Positions 15,483 through 28,037 of a stretch of 64,000 nucleotides of DNA are shown here, piece by piece; position 1 is the stretch's first letter; each line of letters starts with the position of its first letter. Source of the DNA: Rhynchobatus australiae (Eukaryota); NCBI GenBank assembly GCA_034780895.1, contig JAUZTB010000048.1, forward strand, positions 38,383,016-38,447,015. The letters are read 5' to 3'. The translations under genes were made by a program, and so were the position numbers. The notes beneath the pieces were generated by a model. That model made no database searches. It was not told the DNA's origin and saw only the letters and a program-made list of their open reading frames with translations.

Positions 15483-15598
15483 GGATATCTGCAATGCCAA
15501 CCTCATCACCACTGGGACCCCTTGCTGGCTCGCCAGTCATCTCTGCTACCAACACCCTTGGGACGCCGGTTCCTGCCACTGCTGGGGCCCAGCCTTGA
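15483..15598 (+). CDS. CSNK2A1: CK2 alpha last coding exon ([37 protein letters not shown])
   Basis: tgtacag acceptor; TGA at 15596-15598; matches the recalled alpha tail [12 protein letters not shown]...PVPA.AGAQ. Confidence 0.94.
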
Positions 15599-18500
15599 TG
15601 TCGCCCTCCTGACTACTTGTAACCCTGGCAACAGCCTGGTCACCCCTTTCCACCCCCTCCTTTCCACCTCACTCCTCTTTTTGGAAGCACGGGGAACCAG
15701 CTGGGCTTGTCACGTCTGAGCAGTTGCTTATGGATTCTCTTCAGTTCAATCATTTTGAAAAGGAAAAAAATGGCTGATTTTTACTTGAGAATTTTTTTTT
15801 GTGTTTTGTATGTTACAAACTTAGAGACAGTATACCTCTTTTAGTCCTAACTAGGCCATATGTAATGCCTCTGTCAGAAATTATTGCCTACACAAAAGCA
15901 CTTGTTCAGTGTTATCACATTTTTCCCCCAAAGGTTTTTGAGTGGAGTTTGAGCAGATGATTTCAAATTCTCTGAGCATTGTCTGCTGCCATAACTTAGT
16001 AACTTGGAAATAATTTATTTTGAAATAATCAATTTTTTTTCATTCAAGTCTTTTTACCAGCAATGGGAATAAATGCGATTTGCAACTTTGCCATTTAAAA
16101 TCCAAGTGGCCAGTATTGGCTATGCTAAGAGAGATTGTCTCTGACCTGAAACCTATTGGAAATATTGAATACTGAAAGCACAACATTAAATTTATACTGT
16201 GCTTTTCAAAGTACTCCGGTAAAACTGCTCTTATTTAAGAGCATCATGAAAGCTAATCCGTTCCTCCTGACTTTTTTAATGTTTTTTGCTTGGACAAACC
16301 AAGTGAACCATGAGCTTTCCTATTTTTGTCCTAAGCACAGTACACCCTAAAGTTCCTTTGGATAACGCAACTGTTTTCAGAGTTTGAACCATAGTGAACT
16401 TGTTTTCAGACTCTTGGACTGAAAGTTTTTAACAGCTTTGAGAATGTTTCCAAATAAAAAGGCAGCACCAGTACCATTAATGCCACATAGACAACCACTT
16501 TATATGCTCATTTTCCATTGTTTCTATTTTTTTCCAGTTGCCTTTTATTTAAAGCAGTTAAAGGGAAGTGGGGATGTTGAATCAGAAAACAGAGGTTCAG
16601 CTTTTTTCGGGAGGGTGGGGAAGGAAAATTTGTGGGTGTTTTTTTTTGTTTTAAAGAAAAATGTTTAGAAGCAAGGCTGCTGCTGGTGATTAGTGAGATG
16701 GCAGTTGAGTAAATACTGTGTTTGACTACATTTTATTAAACAGCCCCTGATTACACATTCATCATCCAGTTAGGTGCATTATTTGTTCTTTCCACTCTGC
16801 ATTTTATCAGACGGTGTTTTCATCTGCCTTCTCAGATCCATTGGGTCAGACTGGATCATTGGGTGAGCTCACTCATGCACCTACAGGCTAGAGTGATGAG
16901 GCACTTCTGCATCTCAGTTAGTGCTGGGGCTTAATGACATTGTGCATGTTTATATGCAGAAATTCTGTGTTTATGCAGTGGCCATACATTACAATGCTAT
17001 TCATTGAATGGTGGTACCCTTATACACCCACATATTAGTAAATGCAGAGCAGCGCTGTTTGCTTTGTGATCATCAGTGACCCCAAATCAGCTCCAGTCCA
17101 GGAAATATTAATATTTTAGGAGGTATGTATGCTTTATTTTGTTTTAACCACCCATTAAACTGGTTATTCAGGAGCTGCTTTCCTTGGAGATGCAAACTTG
17201 GAGTAGTGTTGGAATCCAAAAGCAGCTGTCACTGGTACATATTGATATGAAAATAGACGAGATACTTCTAGTCATTTGTTTTGTGTGGCTCTTGTGTATC
17301 CCTTGTTGGGGGTCAGTGTGTGCACTGCATTTGTGGGTAAGCAAATTTGGTTTCGATACGGGAACAAGAAATAGCTTCCTCTCAATATACCAAACCTTGT
17401 TGACATGCTTGTCTCTTCTAAAACACACCTCATGTAAATAAGCAGCAAAGATCATCACCAAATCCTCTTGCAAGACTTCAGTTTCAAAGAAAACTAAAAT
17501 GAAAGCTATAGGAAGCACTGCAGTATCTTGATTTATTTTTTGGGGTGTGAATGGTCTCCTAATATAATCATTGGAATAGTATTTTGGCTTAATACAATGT
17601 ATACAATGAAATTATTACTAAAATGTTTTAGCAATGCAAGTTAACAGTCATTTTGGATATTTGACCCTAATTCTGATATTTTCTTAGTTTTTTTTTGTTT
17701 AGTTTATTCTGAACAAATTCTAATGAAATTCCCCTCATGAGTGCCACAACTGGATTCAAAAGGCTGTGCGTGATGTTAACACTCGTGCTTTCCTTTCTAA
17801 AGTCACATTCCATTTGGTGCAGATGGTTCATTAGCACAATGATACAGCAATGCATTGTATATGTTACTGTTTCACAGTAAATATTTGAAACGCCTCTCCT
17901 TCCCCTTTATAATTTTATAGCATTTCTGGGCATGGAGTATCAAAACTCCACTAACTGGGTCCAAGATCTGCTTTTCAAATTACAGTAACTTGTCTGAATT
18001 TAGGACCTGTGCAAAACNNNNNNNNNNNNNNNNNNNNNNNNNNNNNNNNNNNNNNNNNNNNNNNNNNNNNNNNNNNNNNNNNNNNNNNNNNNNNNNNNNN
18101 NNNNNNNNNNNNNNNNNTTTAGGACCTGTGCAAAACTGAAGACTTTTTAATAAAAGAACTGGTAAAATGCCCCAAGAATCTTTTGTGATACACTGCACGT
18201 CATAAGACTTGTAGTTTCATTGGTCTGTCTTGGTTTGCATTTAGCAACCTTGTTCTTGTGTCATGGTATATTCAGCTATGAGGAAGAAGATGTCAACATT
18301 TACCAACATGTTTGCAATGAAATATCAAGGCTATCAACAAATTGGTTGAAGATGGAATTAACAAAAACTTTCCTCAAAGGGTTAAACTTTACACCACCAG
18401 TTGCTATCCAGTCTTAAAAGTTTTTTTTTAACCTGTTTGATTTACTGCCTCCTTAATACCACTTGGATGTACGGTCCATTTTGTTGTACTGCACTTGCTG

Positions 18501-21185
18501 ATTTTACTGTTGGATATTGCTGTGCCTATTAGCAATGTCTGATCATAGCGAATCAGCAGCACATAACTCTTAAAACTCATGGGTCCACCTTGATCTTTGT
18601 GTGTATATATACAGTATATTGGTCCAACAGCTTCACTCCTGATGATTTGAAATAGTCATCACAAAAAAAGCATATCTATTCTTTTGAATTTCCTACCAAA
18701 ACCAAATGTGTTTGAAGGTTCTAAATGTCAATACAAATCAGGCATTGCCTCTCCTTTTTAAAAAAAACACCTATGGCCATGTACATTTACAGAATTAAAT
18801 GGAGCTAATTGTTATCCTGCAGTCTTAGGAATAACTAATTTAGATGTGAAATGCATTTAGACTTGATAGGTGATCTGTTTAAAAAAAATAAATTGCTAAA
18901 ATTGCAAGTCTCTGTTTTGTTTTAAAATTAATGAGATAAACACAAACTCAGCTTAACAAAATTTCATCTGAACTATTGTGAAAAGTGTCTTGGTTTCATT
19001 ATGGCTAAAATTGAGTTGTCAAATCTTTTGGCAAGACCAATGCTTATAGAAGCCTCATTTCCAGAGGCATGAAAGGAAATGGTACTCCATTTGTGCCAGG
19101 TATCTTCTGGCCAACAATTATTTGTGGCTTACACTTTGGAAATTTCCTTAATTATTGATTTTTTTTTAAAGTAAAATTGTTGCAGTCATTTGAGAGGTTC
19201 AGAGTTGGTGTGTTTTCCTTCTAACTTTTTGAGCGGAGTGATATGGCGCCTAAGCAGGTTGAAGATACCTGTTCTTGTCCCTGTCGCCTCTAAATTATTA
19301 CCATTCTTCTACCCCTTCTCTGCCTCCAGCTGAGTCATCTATTGCATTCCAGAGTTTTTCAACACGGGTGGGGGTGGTAAGGAAGTGGTAGAACTTGACA
19401 CTAGCATTTCACAATTGTAACCATTGTCAAAGCTATATAAATCTTGCCCTAATCAGTGTAACCCTTTGGAGAAATTATCACAGCTGCCTGATTCAAACCC
19501 TGCCGCCTTCACTCAAGTCTCATCCACACCCTTCATGCTCCAACTTGACCAGAGTTAGATCTGTTGTTAGTATTCTTAAATAGCCATGCTGTACTGGGGC
19601 ATTCATGACAGCCTAATCATACAAAATCTTACAATGCAATAATGAGTCACTTTGTTGTGACAATGAATACCAATATAGTGCTGTGGCTCTTCTTGTAACT
19701 CAACCTTGCAAGCACCATATCAACCTGGGGGTTGGGGTGGACAGCTTGCTGTTAAATTACTGTGTCAAGATTTGTAACCATTAATTCCAAGTAAAAGTAA
19801 CTGGATAAAAAAAAAGAAATTATTTTGAAAATTCTGAATCTCTGTTGCATTTATATACAAGTAGTTGTGATTGATTTGTATTTTTTCCCCTGGAGTGTGT
19901 TCAAGCACTTTCAGTGGACCACAACCTTCAGAGTTTTCATCACTGCAGTGTTTGCCAAGTGCCTGGGCTGTTAGGCATCTACAGGTTGACAAAAGGACTT
20001 AAGAGTGTAATCATGCTTGATGGAATAAACCATCAACCCATTTGAGTAAAGCCCACAGAAGCTGCATGAGGAGATCAACTCATTGGAACTTTGCTACAGT
20101 ATTGAGAGGAAAGAAAAATCTATAATAACATTACTGAATGTTGTTTCATCTGCTACTGGATATAAGGTTTAACTTTATTTTGTAGATTTATTTTGACACA
20201 TAGTTTGAGCACTGTAGATAGCAAAAGAAATATTGCTTGAAGATGTACTTTCTTATTGACTTGTGCTTTCTCACAATAACAAGCAACTGAGCGGACAGAA
20301 GACTGGTTTGCAGCAACAGTGTATCTTGGTTGGACTTCTGCCATTCATTGCAGAATTGCAATGTTAACTGCATCTGTAAATTGCCTTTGTTGGAAAACAA
20401 TTGTGCTTCAGCACCTCTTGCATCATAATTAGATTTTGAAGGTTAAAAGCCAATATTTTACAGTGCTGCTAAATTAACTTCTAATCTGTTTAAAAATGCA
20501 AGAAAAGTCACTAGTAGAAGTAACCTGTTTTTAATGTTGGGAGTTTAAAGAAAACAGGCTGTAGTTTTATTCTTGTTAAACTGAAATTGATAAATATGTG
20601 CTAGAGGGAAAACATGAAAATTGTGCCATACAGCGTGGGTTTTTTGTTCTGTTTTTGTTGCAAATGTTGAATGAATGCAAATACAAGAATCCTGACAGCT
20701 AGCCTGTCCTATCAGTGCCTGGGACAGAAATTCCATCATCCATCAAAACCTATTTTCCTTTCCTTCAGTATTTTTCTAAACTTGAATAGAGGGGAGAATA
20801 GATTTTGAATGGTGTATAGATTAATTTTGTGAAAAATTTACAACCACAACACTTTGGAAAATGGTGCATTCTAAACCACAAATGTCCTTTTAACGTGACT
20901 TGGATTCAGCGTAGAAAGTGCACCTCTTCAATACCGCATTCACATTACACCTTTAAATAGATCGGATTGTGTGTGTGTGCGCGCATGTGTAAATAAGATG
21001 ATTGTGGTTCATCTAGTGTTTCAAGTGCTCATTTTTACCTGACCATGTGTCAGTCACCCTTACTCCAATTTAGTTTTTGGGTCAAAATATGGTACAATGC
21101 CATTATAAATATACAGGTACTTGTTCGCTGTGCAGTGGTGCTACTGTACCAAACACCAATAAATATTCTACCACGTCACACTATG
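15599..21185 (+). other. CSNK2A1: Putative long 3' UTR of CSNK2A1
   Basis: About 5.6 kb of AT-rich sequence with no recognisable LINE debris; AATAAA at 16068, 16453 and 21158; PUM-type TGTA(A/T)ATA at 17433, 18602 and 20988. The end point is inferred. Confidence 0.55.
21158..21163 (+). terminator. Candidate distal polyadenylation signal of CSNK2A1
   Basis: AATAAA preceded by a TGTA element (ctactgtacc), close to where repeat-derived sequence resumes. Confidence 0.5.
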
Positions 21186-23464
21186 CTTTTGCAACAGTGT
21201 CTAATTGATATTAGGAAATAAAAGGAGTTGGCTTTCCTTGAAGGTAAAATTTAAAGTAAAAATTTTCAGTATTCCCACATCATTCTAACGTTGGGGCACT
21301 TGTCCTAGAATGCCGCCCTTCCAATTCAAAGATTTCTTAAAAGAAGAGACTTGACAACTGAGCTTTTCCCCGTCACTGGCTGGATTGATGAATTTGAAGT
21401 GTATCCCAATTTTNNNNNNNNNNNNNNNNNNNNNNNNNNNNNNNNNNNNNNNNNNNNNNNNNNNNNNNNNNNNNNNNNNNNNNNNNNNNNNNNNNNNNNN
21501 NNNNNNNNNNNNNCAATTTTTTTTCTCAACTATTGATAAGCCAAGGTGAGGTGGTAATTCTGTTAACACTGATCTGGGCAGGACAGCTCCTTTCATGTAG
21601 ATTTCCCTCTCAAATATTTGCATGTTCATGCATTTAAGTTAGTTTACTTGCCTGGCACAGTATACCAGCTCCAAGCAATGAGAGGTGATCATTTTAAGGT
21701 TCTATGTATCATGGTTGACTTTGTGATTTTGGGTTTTATGGGTGGAAATTCACCTGTTTGCCACTGCGAGGGTTCTAATGACATTACTGGGTAGAGAGCT
21801 GTCTTTCCAAATTCTCGTAAACATTCATGTCCTTCAATGGTTAAGCAGTAAAGTCGAGTAAAGCCAATCAAAATTGCTAACTATATGATGCTAATCTTGT
21901 ACCTAGAGATAGTTATCACGTCTAAATGTTGTTAGGAACATGCTAGATATTAAAACTTCTCGGCAATGAAAACTAAAAAATCAAAGGCAATAATCATATT
22001 TTACTAAGTGGTTATTGCTATGTCAATTGTCACAATGTAGCTCTGGCTATTAGGTTGCTCTGTGGAACAAGTTTCTGAAATCTTGCCACCTGCATTTATG
22101 CAAAGGAGTGATTAACTGTGGTCAATATCTTTGGTAACTGGTGAATCATCATGCTATAGTTCTGGAAGAAGCATCTCCAACTAGTAAAATACTCCTCCTT
22201 GTGCCAGTGATTTTAATATCTACCTCAATTGAACATGCATGTTACATCACTGCCATTATAATTGAACATTCCCAGTGTTTGAGTTGGGATAAAAGTTTGT
22301 GTTGAGAAGTTATAATGTATTGTCTCGGGAGACAAATCCTATTTGTGTACTGGATTTATAAATCCTTATTGTGTATAAATTGGTAGACTCCAAAATGAAT
22401 TCACTGGATTGTTTTAAATGGTTTAAGAAAATGTGCTACATAAGTTTAAGCAATTGTTTTTGTTATTTGTAACTTATAGATCCAATCCCTCAATTAACAT
22501 CAACTCTTGGACAGGATAAGTTAGAAAAAATAGTTCTTTGGTAGAGTCTTCAGGCTACTTTCATTGTGGGCGCTTGTACTGTCAAATATTATGAGTGATC
22601 AGGAACTCTGGCTGAGTGTGTGTTCCCTGGCCGTAGCCCGGAAATGGAGCTATGTATGTCACCCCAACTGCTGCACTGACCATGATTGGCTAACCTGGCA
22701 ATAAGCAAGCATGCCATGTAAGCAAGACAGTAATATTCTTTATTCACACTAAGAATGATCTTTCTTCACTCTAAGAATAATCTTCCTGGCATTTTTGCAA
22801 ATAGATTGAGAATCCCAAAAGGGCTCCTTTTGCTAGCAGTTGTATCAATAACTTGAGGCAGAAATGTAAAATATTAAACAAGCAAAATGAGCCAAGCAGT
22901 GACCATCATAAAGCAACATCCTAGGGTTACAAATGACCAGAACTTCAACTGCACCACCTATATAAATACTATGGCTGCAAGAGCATGTCAGAAGTTGGGT
23001 GTGCCATGGTGAATGACTAACTTCCTGGTGCATCGAAGTCTTTCCACCAGGCACACAGCGAGGCTGTGGTGTGTGTACATTTCATTTACCTGTGCGATCG
23101 CAGCTTCAACAAACAATCTCTTGACTGGCACCTTGTCTATTATCCAGAACGTACAAACCACATTGCTATTGGTGTTCTGTGGGTGCTCTGTGTGTCATCT
23201 ACAAAAAGTATGCAGTTACTTAACTTTTTCCTACAACTCCCAAATCTGCAGCCTCTTCTACCAAGATGGACAAGGACAAAATGTGATGAGAAGAATGCCT
23301 GCAGGTTCCCCTCCCAAGTCACAAAGCACACTGACTTGGAAATCTGTCAGTGTTGGTGGGTCATATCATGAGTGTTCGTGAGTCCTATCTTTGTTAGATA
23401 TCTGGATGGAAGTGGCCAGATACTTCCCACTGTTAAACCACTGGCCTCTCATTCCCAGCTCTGC

Positions 23465-23537
23465 TTTGTGGCAACACACACAAAAGGTGCTGGAGGAACT
23501 CAGCAGGTCAGGCAGCATCCATGGAGGGAAATAAACT
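23465..23537 (-). mobile_element. Penelope-like terminal fragment directly abutting a CR1 fragment
   Basis: gtgctggaggaactcagcaggtcaggcagcatccatggagggaaataaac. Confidence 0.7.
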
Positions 23538-24056
23538 ATGGTTAGGCTGCATTTAGAGTATTGTGTGCAGTTCTGGTCACCTCACTATAGGAAGGATGTC
23601 GAGGCTTTAGAGGGGGTGCAGAGGAGGTTTTTACCAGGATGCTGCCTGGATTAGAGGGTATGTGCTAGCAGGAGAGGCTGGACAAACTTGGGCTCTTTTC
23701 TCTGGAGTGGCGGAGGCTAAGGGGTGATCTGTTGGAAGTGTGTAAAATTATGAGGGGCACAGATAAGGTGAACAAGCAATATCTTTTTTCCATTACTGAG
23801 CGATCCAATACCAGAGGGCATGCATTTAAGGTTAGAGGGGGCAGGTTCAGAACAGACGTGAGGGGTAGGTTGTTTACTCAGAGTGGTGGATGCCTGGAAC
23901 GCGTTGCCTGAGGCAAATTCATTGGGGGCTTTTAAGAGGGGCTTGGATGGGCACATGAATGAGAGGAAAATAGAGGGATATGGGCATTCTGTAGATAGTA
24001 GGGATTAGCTATGTTGGTATAACATTGTGGGCCAAAGGGCCTGTTCTATGTTCTAA
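23538..24056 (+). mobile_element. CR1-type (HER1-like) LINE 3' fragment
   Basis: Encodes degenerate [23 protein letters not shown] and TRGH..K; ends with a ggccaaagggcctgttctatgttcta tail. Confidence 0.85.
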
Positions 24057-24269
24057 ATCCTGGGTCTTCTCATCTAATTGCACTGTGGGAGTACCTAAAC
24101 CAGAAGGACTCAAGGCTCACCAGAAAAAAGGAACTGGGCTAATAAAAACTCCCTCAAATGCCTAATACATAATCTAGACATTCACATATTGGTGGTTGTG
24201 GAATCTCCCTTGGTGCAAATTGATTATTAAATGTATTCCTATTTGCTGTACTGTTCTATGTGACTACTA

Positions 24270-24975
24270 GCCACATAGAACAGCACAGTATGAGCCCTTT
24301 GGTCCACGAATGTTGTGCTGACCTATATAATCACCTATTCTCTGATCAATGTAACCCTTCCCTCCAATACACCCTCCATTTTACTTTCTTCCATGTGTCT
24401 GTCTATGTCTAAGAGTCTTTTACATGTCTCTTGTATCAGCCTCTACCACCACCCCCGGCAGTGTGTTCCAGGCACCCACCACTCCGTTTTGAAAAAAAAT
24501 CAACCTCTGACTTCTGCCCTATACTTTCCTCCTCTGACCTTAAACTGATGTCCTCTGGTATTGGCCATTGCTACCCTGGGGAAAAGGCGCTGGCTGTCCA
24601 CTCTATCTATGCCCCTCATAATCTTATGCACCTCTATCAAGTTGCCTCTCACCCTGTGTCGCTTCAAAGAGAAAAGCCCTAGCTCGCTCAACCTTTCCTT
24701 ATAAGACATGTTCTCTAACAGGCACCATCCTGGTAAATCTCCTCTGCACCCTCTCTAAAGCTTCCACATCGTCCTTATATTGAGGTGACCAGAATTGAAC
24801 ACAGTACTCTGAGTGTGGTCTAACCAGAGTTTTATAGAGCTGCAACATTACCTTGTGGCACTTGAACTCAATCCCATGACTAATGAAGACCAGCACATCG
24901 TGTGCTTTCTTAACCACCCCATCAACTTGTGCGGCAACTTTGAGGGATCTATGGACTTGGACCCCTAGATACCTC
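24270..24975 (-). mobile_element. CR1-type LINE 3' fragment
   Basis: ORF-track peptides [25 protein letters not shown] and SYKERLSELGLFSL...TRGHQFKVRG are the CR1 ORF2 C-terminus, frameshifted. Confidence 0.9.
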
Positions 24976-26592
24976 TACACTTCTGGTAAATTAACACAAA
25001 ACGTTTTTGTATGAGTACTACTTTGGGTGTCTGAAAGCTACAGTGGAATCATTCTTGAAAAGGAAGTATAGGAGGGTTCTGGAAGTTGAAACAGAGGAGG
25101 TAGTTCCAAGTGAAGTTTATGCATTGGTAAAGGGTGTCGAAAAAAGACAGCACAGTATGACCAAAATTGCACACCAGGAGCTTCTATCGACATTTCATGG
25201 AAACATGATCAATTAGTTTTCTGGAAATGTATGAGATGATTTTATTCCCATTGCTCCTTTTGCTGAACTACTTGCTAGCTGAAAATGCCGATGTTAAAAT
25301 TTGTGCTGTGGAGTTGGTGTCTAAAGTTTGTCTTTCATCATGCTTGCATGTTCAATTATTTGGTGAAAGATAAAACCAGGATTTATATTCATAACTTTAG
25401 GGTAACCGAAAGCCAATTAAGTGCCTTGCAGAATTGCAGTCATTAGTGTTATAGAGAAAAACAGCAGTCGATTTTTACCAAAGATGTTTCCATAAACACC
25501 ATTACAGGAAGGACTAGATTGTTTTTAGACATTGTCTGAAGGATAAATGATGCCCAAGGCCACTAGTTTGCACCCCCAGGTCAGGCATGATTTAATAATT
25601 TTTTTTATATACTATGCCTGTAACAATGCAGCATTGAGTTGTCATGTCTGTCCCCAGCAGCAATGCACCCTATGAGAGCTGAGTTTAACTGAATGGTGAA
25701 ATTCTCAATGCCATGTTGACTTTAAGAGTTCGTAGACTTCAGCAATTACCAAACTATGTTCAAATTCTATGACTCTTATCTGGTAGGGTGACATAGCAGC
25801 TGCAATCTATATAACAGGGATTTTTCTCCAATTGGGTTGAAAATATTTAAGCAAACNNNNNNNNNNNNNNNNNNNNNNNNNNNNNNNNNNNNNNNNNNNN
25901 NNNNNNNNNNNNNNNNNNNNNNNNNNNNNNNNNNNNNNNNNNNNNNNNNNNNNNNNTTATCGAAGAACGCAGTGCAATTTGTTCTATTGGATCATCACTA
26001 TGGCAATATGTTTTCTCTAGCAGCATGATGGATTGCAGAAAGGAGTATGCTGGAACAATTTGCTTTGGTGCCATTAAAGGACTGTCTAAGATTTACTAAA
26101 GTCTCCTCATTAATATAATGACATCATAAGGTCTACTTCTAGCATTGATGGGGACAATTGGGAGTATGGGAACCTTTGGACAGGAGGTTGCAAGAGACCT
26201 CATACTTTGTTTCTGGGAGGAATCGTTGACTTAAGTTTTTCTTTGTCCACTGAAGGATGCAACAGGATGCAACAGGAGGCAACAAATGGGTAAGGAACAT
26301 GATTTTTTTCTCAAGCTGAGCCATGACAGTGAGAGTACATTTTCTTCTACCTAAGATTGGGACCATGAAAAGAAAATATTTGGAATTTAGGCTGGGAGAT
26401 CAATTAAGGATTGTTCCTGGAATAGTGGAAGGAGGCTTTGGCAGCCTGCGCCAACACCACCACCTGCATCAGAAAATTCAGTGCCAGAAGTCTAATGAAC
26501 AGGCTAGACCTAGTAACAAGGCACAATAATAAGTATGGCAGTCATTTCCCACTATCTTCTCCTCCCTGTTCCAGCAACAGCAAAAAACAGCA

Positions 26593-26886
26593 GGCACGGT
26601 AGTGTAGTGCTTAGCGTAATGCTATTACAGCACCAGCAAGCTGGGTTCAATTCCCGCTGCTGTCTTTAAGGAGTTTGTACGTTCTCCCCGTGTCTGTATG
26701 GGTTTCCTCCAGGTGCTCCAGTTTCCTCCCACATCCCAAAGATGTACGGGTTAGGAAGTTGTGGGCATGCTATGTTGGCGCCGGAGGCATGGCGACACTT
26801 GTGGGCTGTCCCCAGAACACTTTACACAGAGATGCATTTCACTGTGTGTTTCGATGTACATGTGACTAATAAAGATGTCTTATCTT
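26593..26886 (+). mobile_element. Full-length tRNA-derived V-SINE
   Basis: A-box-like ggtagtgtagtg, B box GGGTTCAATTCC at 26643, V domain gggtttcctccaggtgctccagtttcctcccaca, LINE-like tail ending aataaagatgtcttatctt. Confidence 0.85.
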
Positions 26887-27296
26887 AATGTGTGGGAGGT
26901 ACCAGGATACCTTTTACACTGCTGTAGTCCTCCAGTAGTTGATTTTCACCAGTAGAGAGAGGTAGATGAAGGCTTGTCCATTGCTTAGCTACCCATGCTT
27001 GCTATTTACTTTTATCCTGCCTTTTTATGTTTGCCACAGCAACGAGTGGAGTAAAATCAGCAAGAGGTACTTGCCCCCTTTGCCAACTCAATCCCCTGCC
27101 AGAAACCAAATATAACTCCAAGATGCCACCCTGAAACTTGTGTTCACACAGGATTTTATTGCATGCCTGTGAATTCATTGGGCTTTCCACAGTCACTTCC
27201 CCGAATGGAAGGAGGGTAAAGTTTAAAGGGATCAGTAAGGACAGAACTGGAGTTGTCTTTAATGTTCGATCATTTACTCTCATTGAAAAACCCTCT

Positions 27297-27780
27297 GATG
27301 CTGGAGGAACTCAGCAGGCCAGGCAGCATCCGTGGAGAAAAGCAGACGGTCAACGTTTTGGGTCGGGACCCTTCTTCAGGACTGAAGATAGGAAAAGGGG
27401 AAGCCCAACACATAGGATGGAAAAGCAGAGCAGTGATAGGTGGACAACAGAGGGGAGGCGGGGTGGACACAGGGTGGTGATAGGTAGATGCAAGTAAGAG
27501 ATAGTGATAGGGAGGTGTGGGGAAGGAGGGGAGAGCAGATCCACCAGGGGATAGGTCTAAGGTAAGGAGAGAGGGGGAAAAAAGAGGCTAGGAAAGGGGG
27601 GAAGAGAAGCATGCTTGGGGGATTATTTAAAGTGGGAGAATTCAATGTTCATGCCATTAGGCTGCAAGGTTCCAAGACAGAAAATGAGGTGATGTTCCTC
27701 CAGTTTGTGCTTGGAATTCTCCCGGCAGTGGAGGAGGCCAAGGACTGACATATCTGATAGTGTGGGAGGGGGAGTTGAAG
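27297..27780 (-). mobile_element. Penelope-like retroelement 3' fragment: GIY-YIG C-terminus, pyrimidine-rich UTR, hammerhead-like motif
   Basis: Minus strand reads FNSPSH/SDMSVLGLLHCRENSKHKLEEHHLIFCLGTLQPNGMNIEFSHFK* (stop at 27623-27625); hammerhead fold at 27346-27384. Confidence 0.85.
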
Positions 27781-28037
27781 GGACCAAAGATGTGTAGATT
27801 GTAAATTGCTCCTATTATGTAGAATAGTAAAATCTGGAGGGTATTTGATGGGGAGAATAAAATGGGATTAGTGAAAGAGTGGTGTAAGTGGGTGCTTGAT
27901 GGTTGGTGTGGACTCAAAGGGATAAAAGCACCAGAGTCCATGCTGTATGGCTCTATGGAAATAGCATCCTCCTCCATTGTGTCTGTTATTAAATCAAAAG
28001 CTGAAGCAAAATTTAGAAAAGATGATGCTTCATTTTT

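Noticed and set aside
18001-18136. Direct repeat TAGGACCTGTGCAAAAC on both sides of a 100-N run
   Set aside because: Typical overlap of contig ends across a placeholder gap, not a target-site duplication or CRISPR-like repeat.
26593-26665. tRNA-like A and B boxes as a tRNA gene
   Set aside because: No complete cloverleaf is evident and the sequence continues into a V-SINE body.
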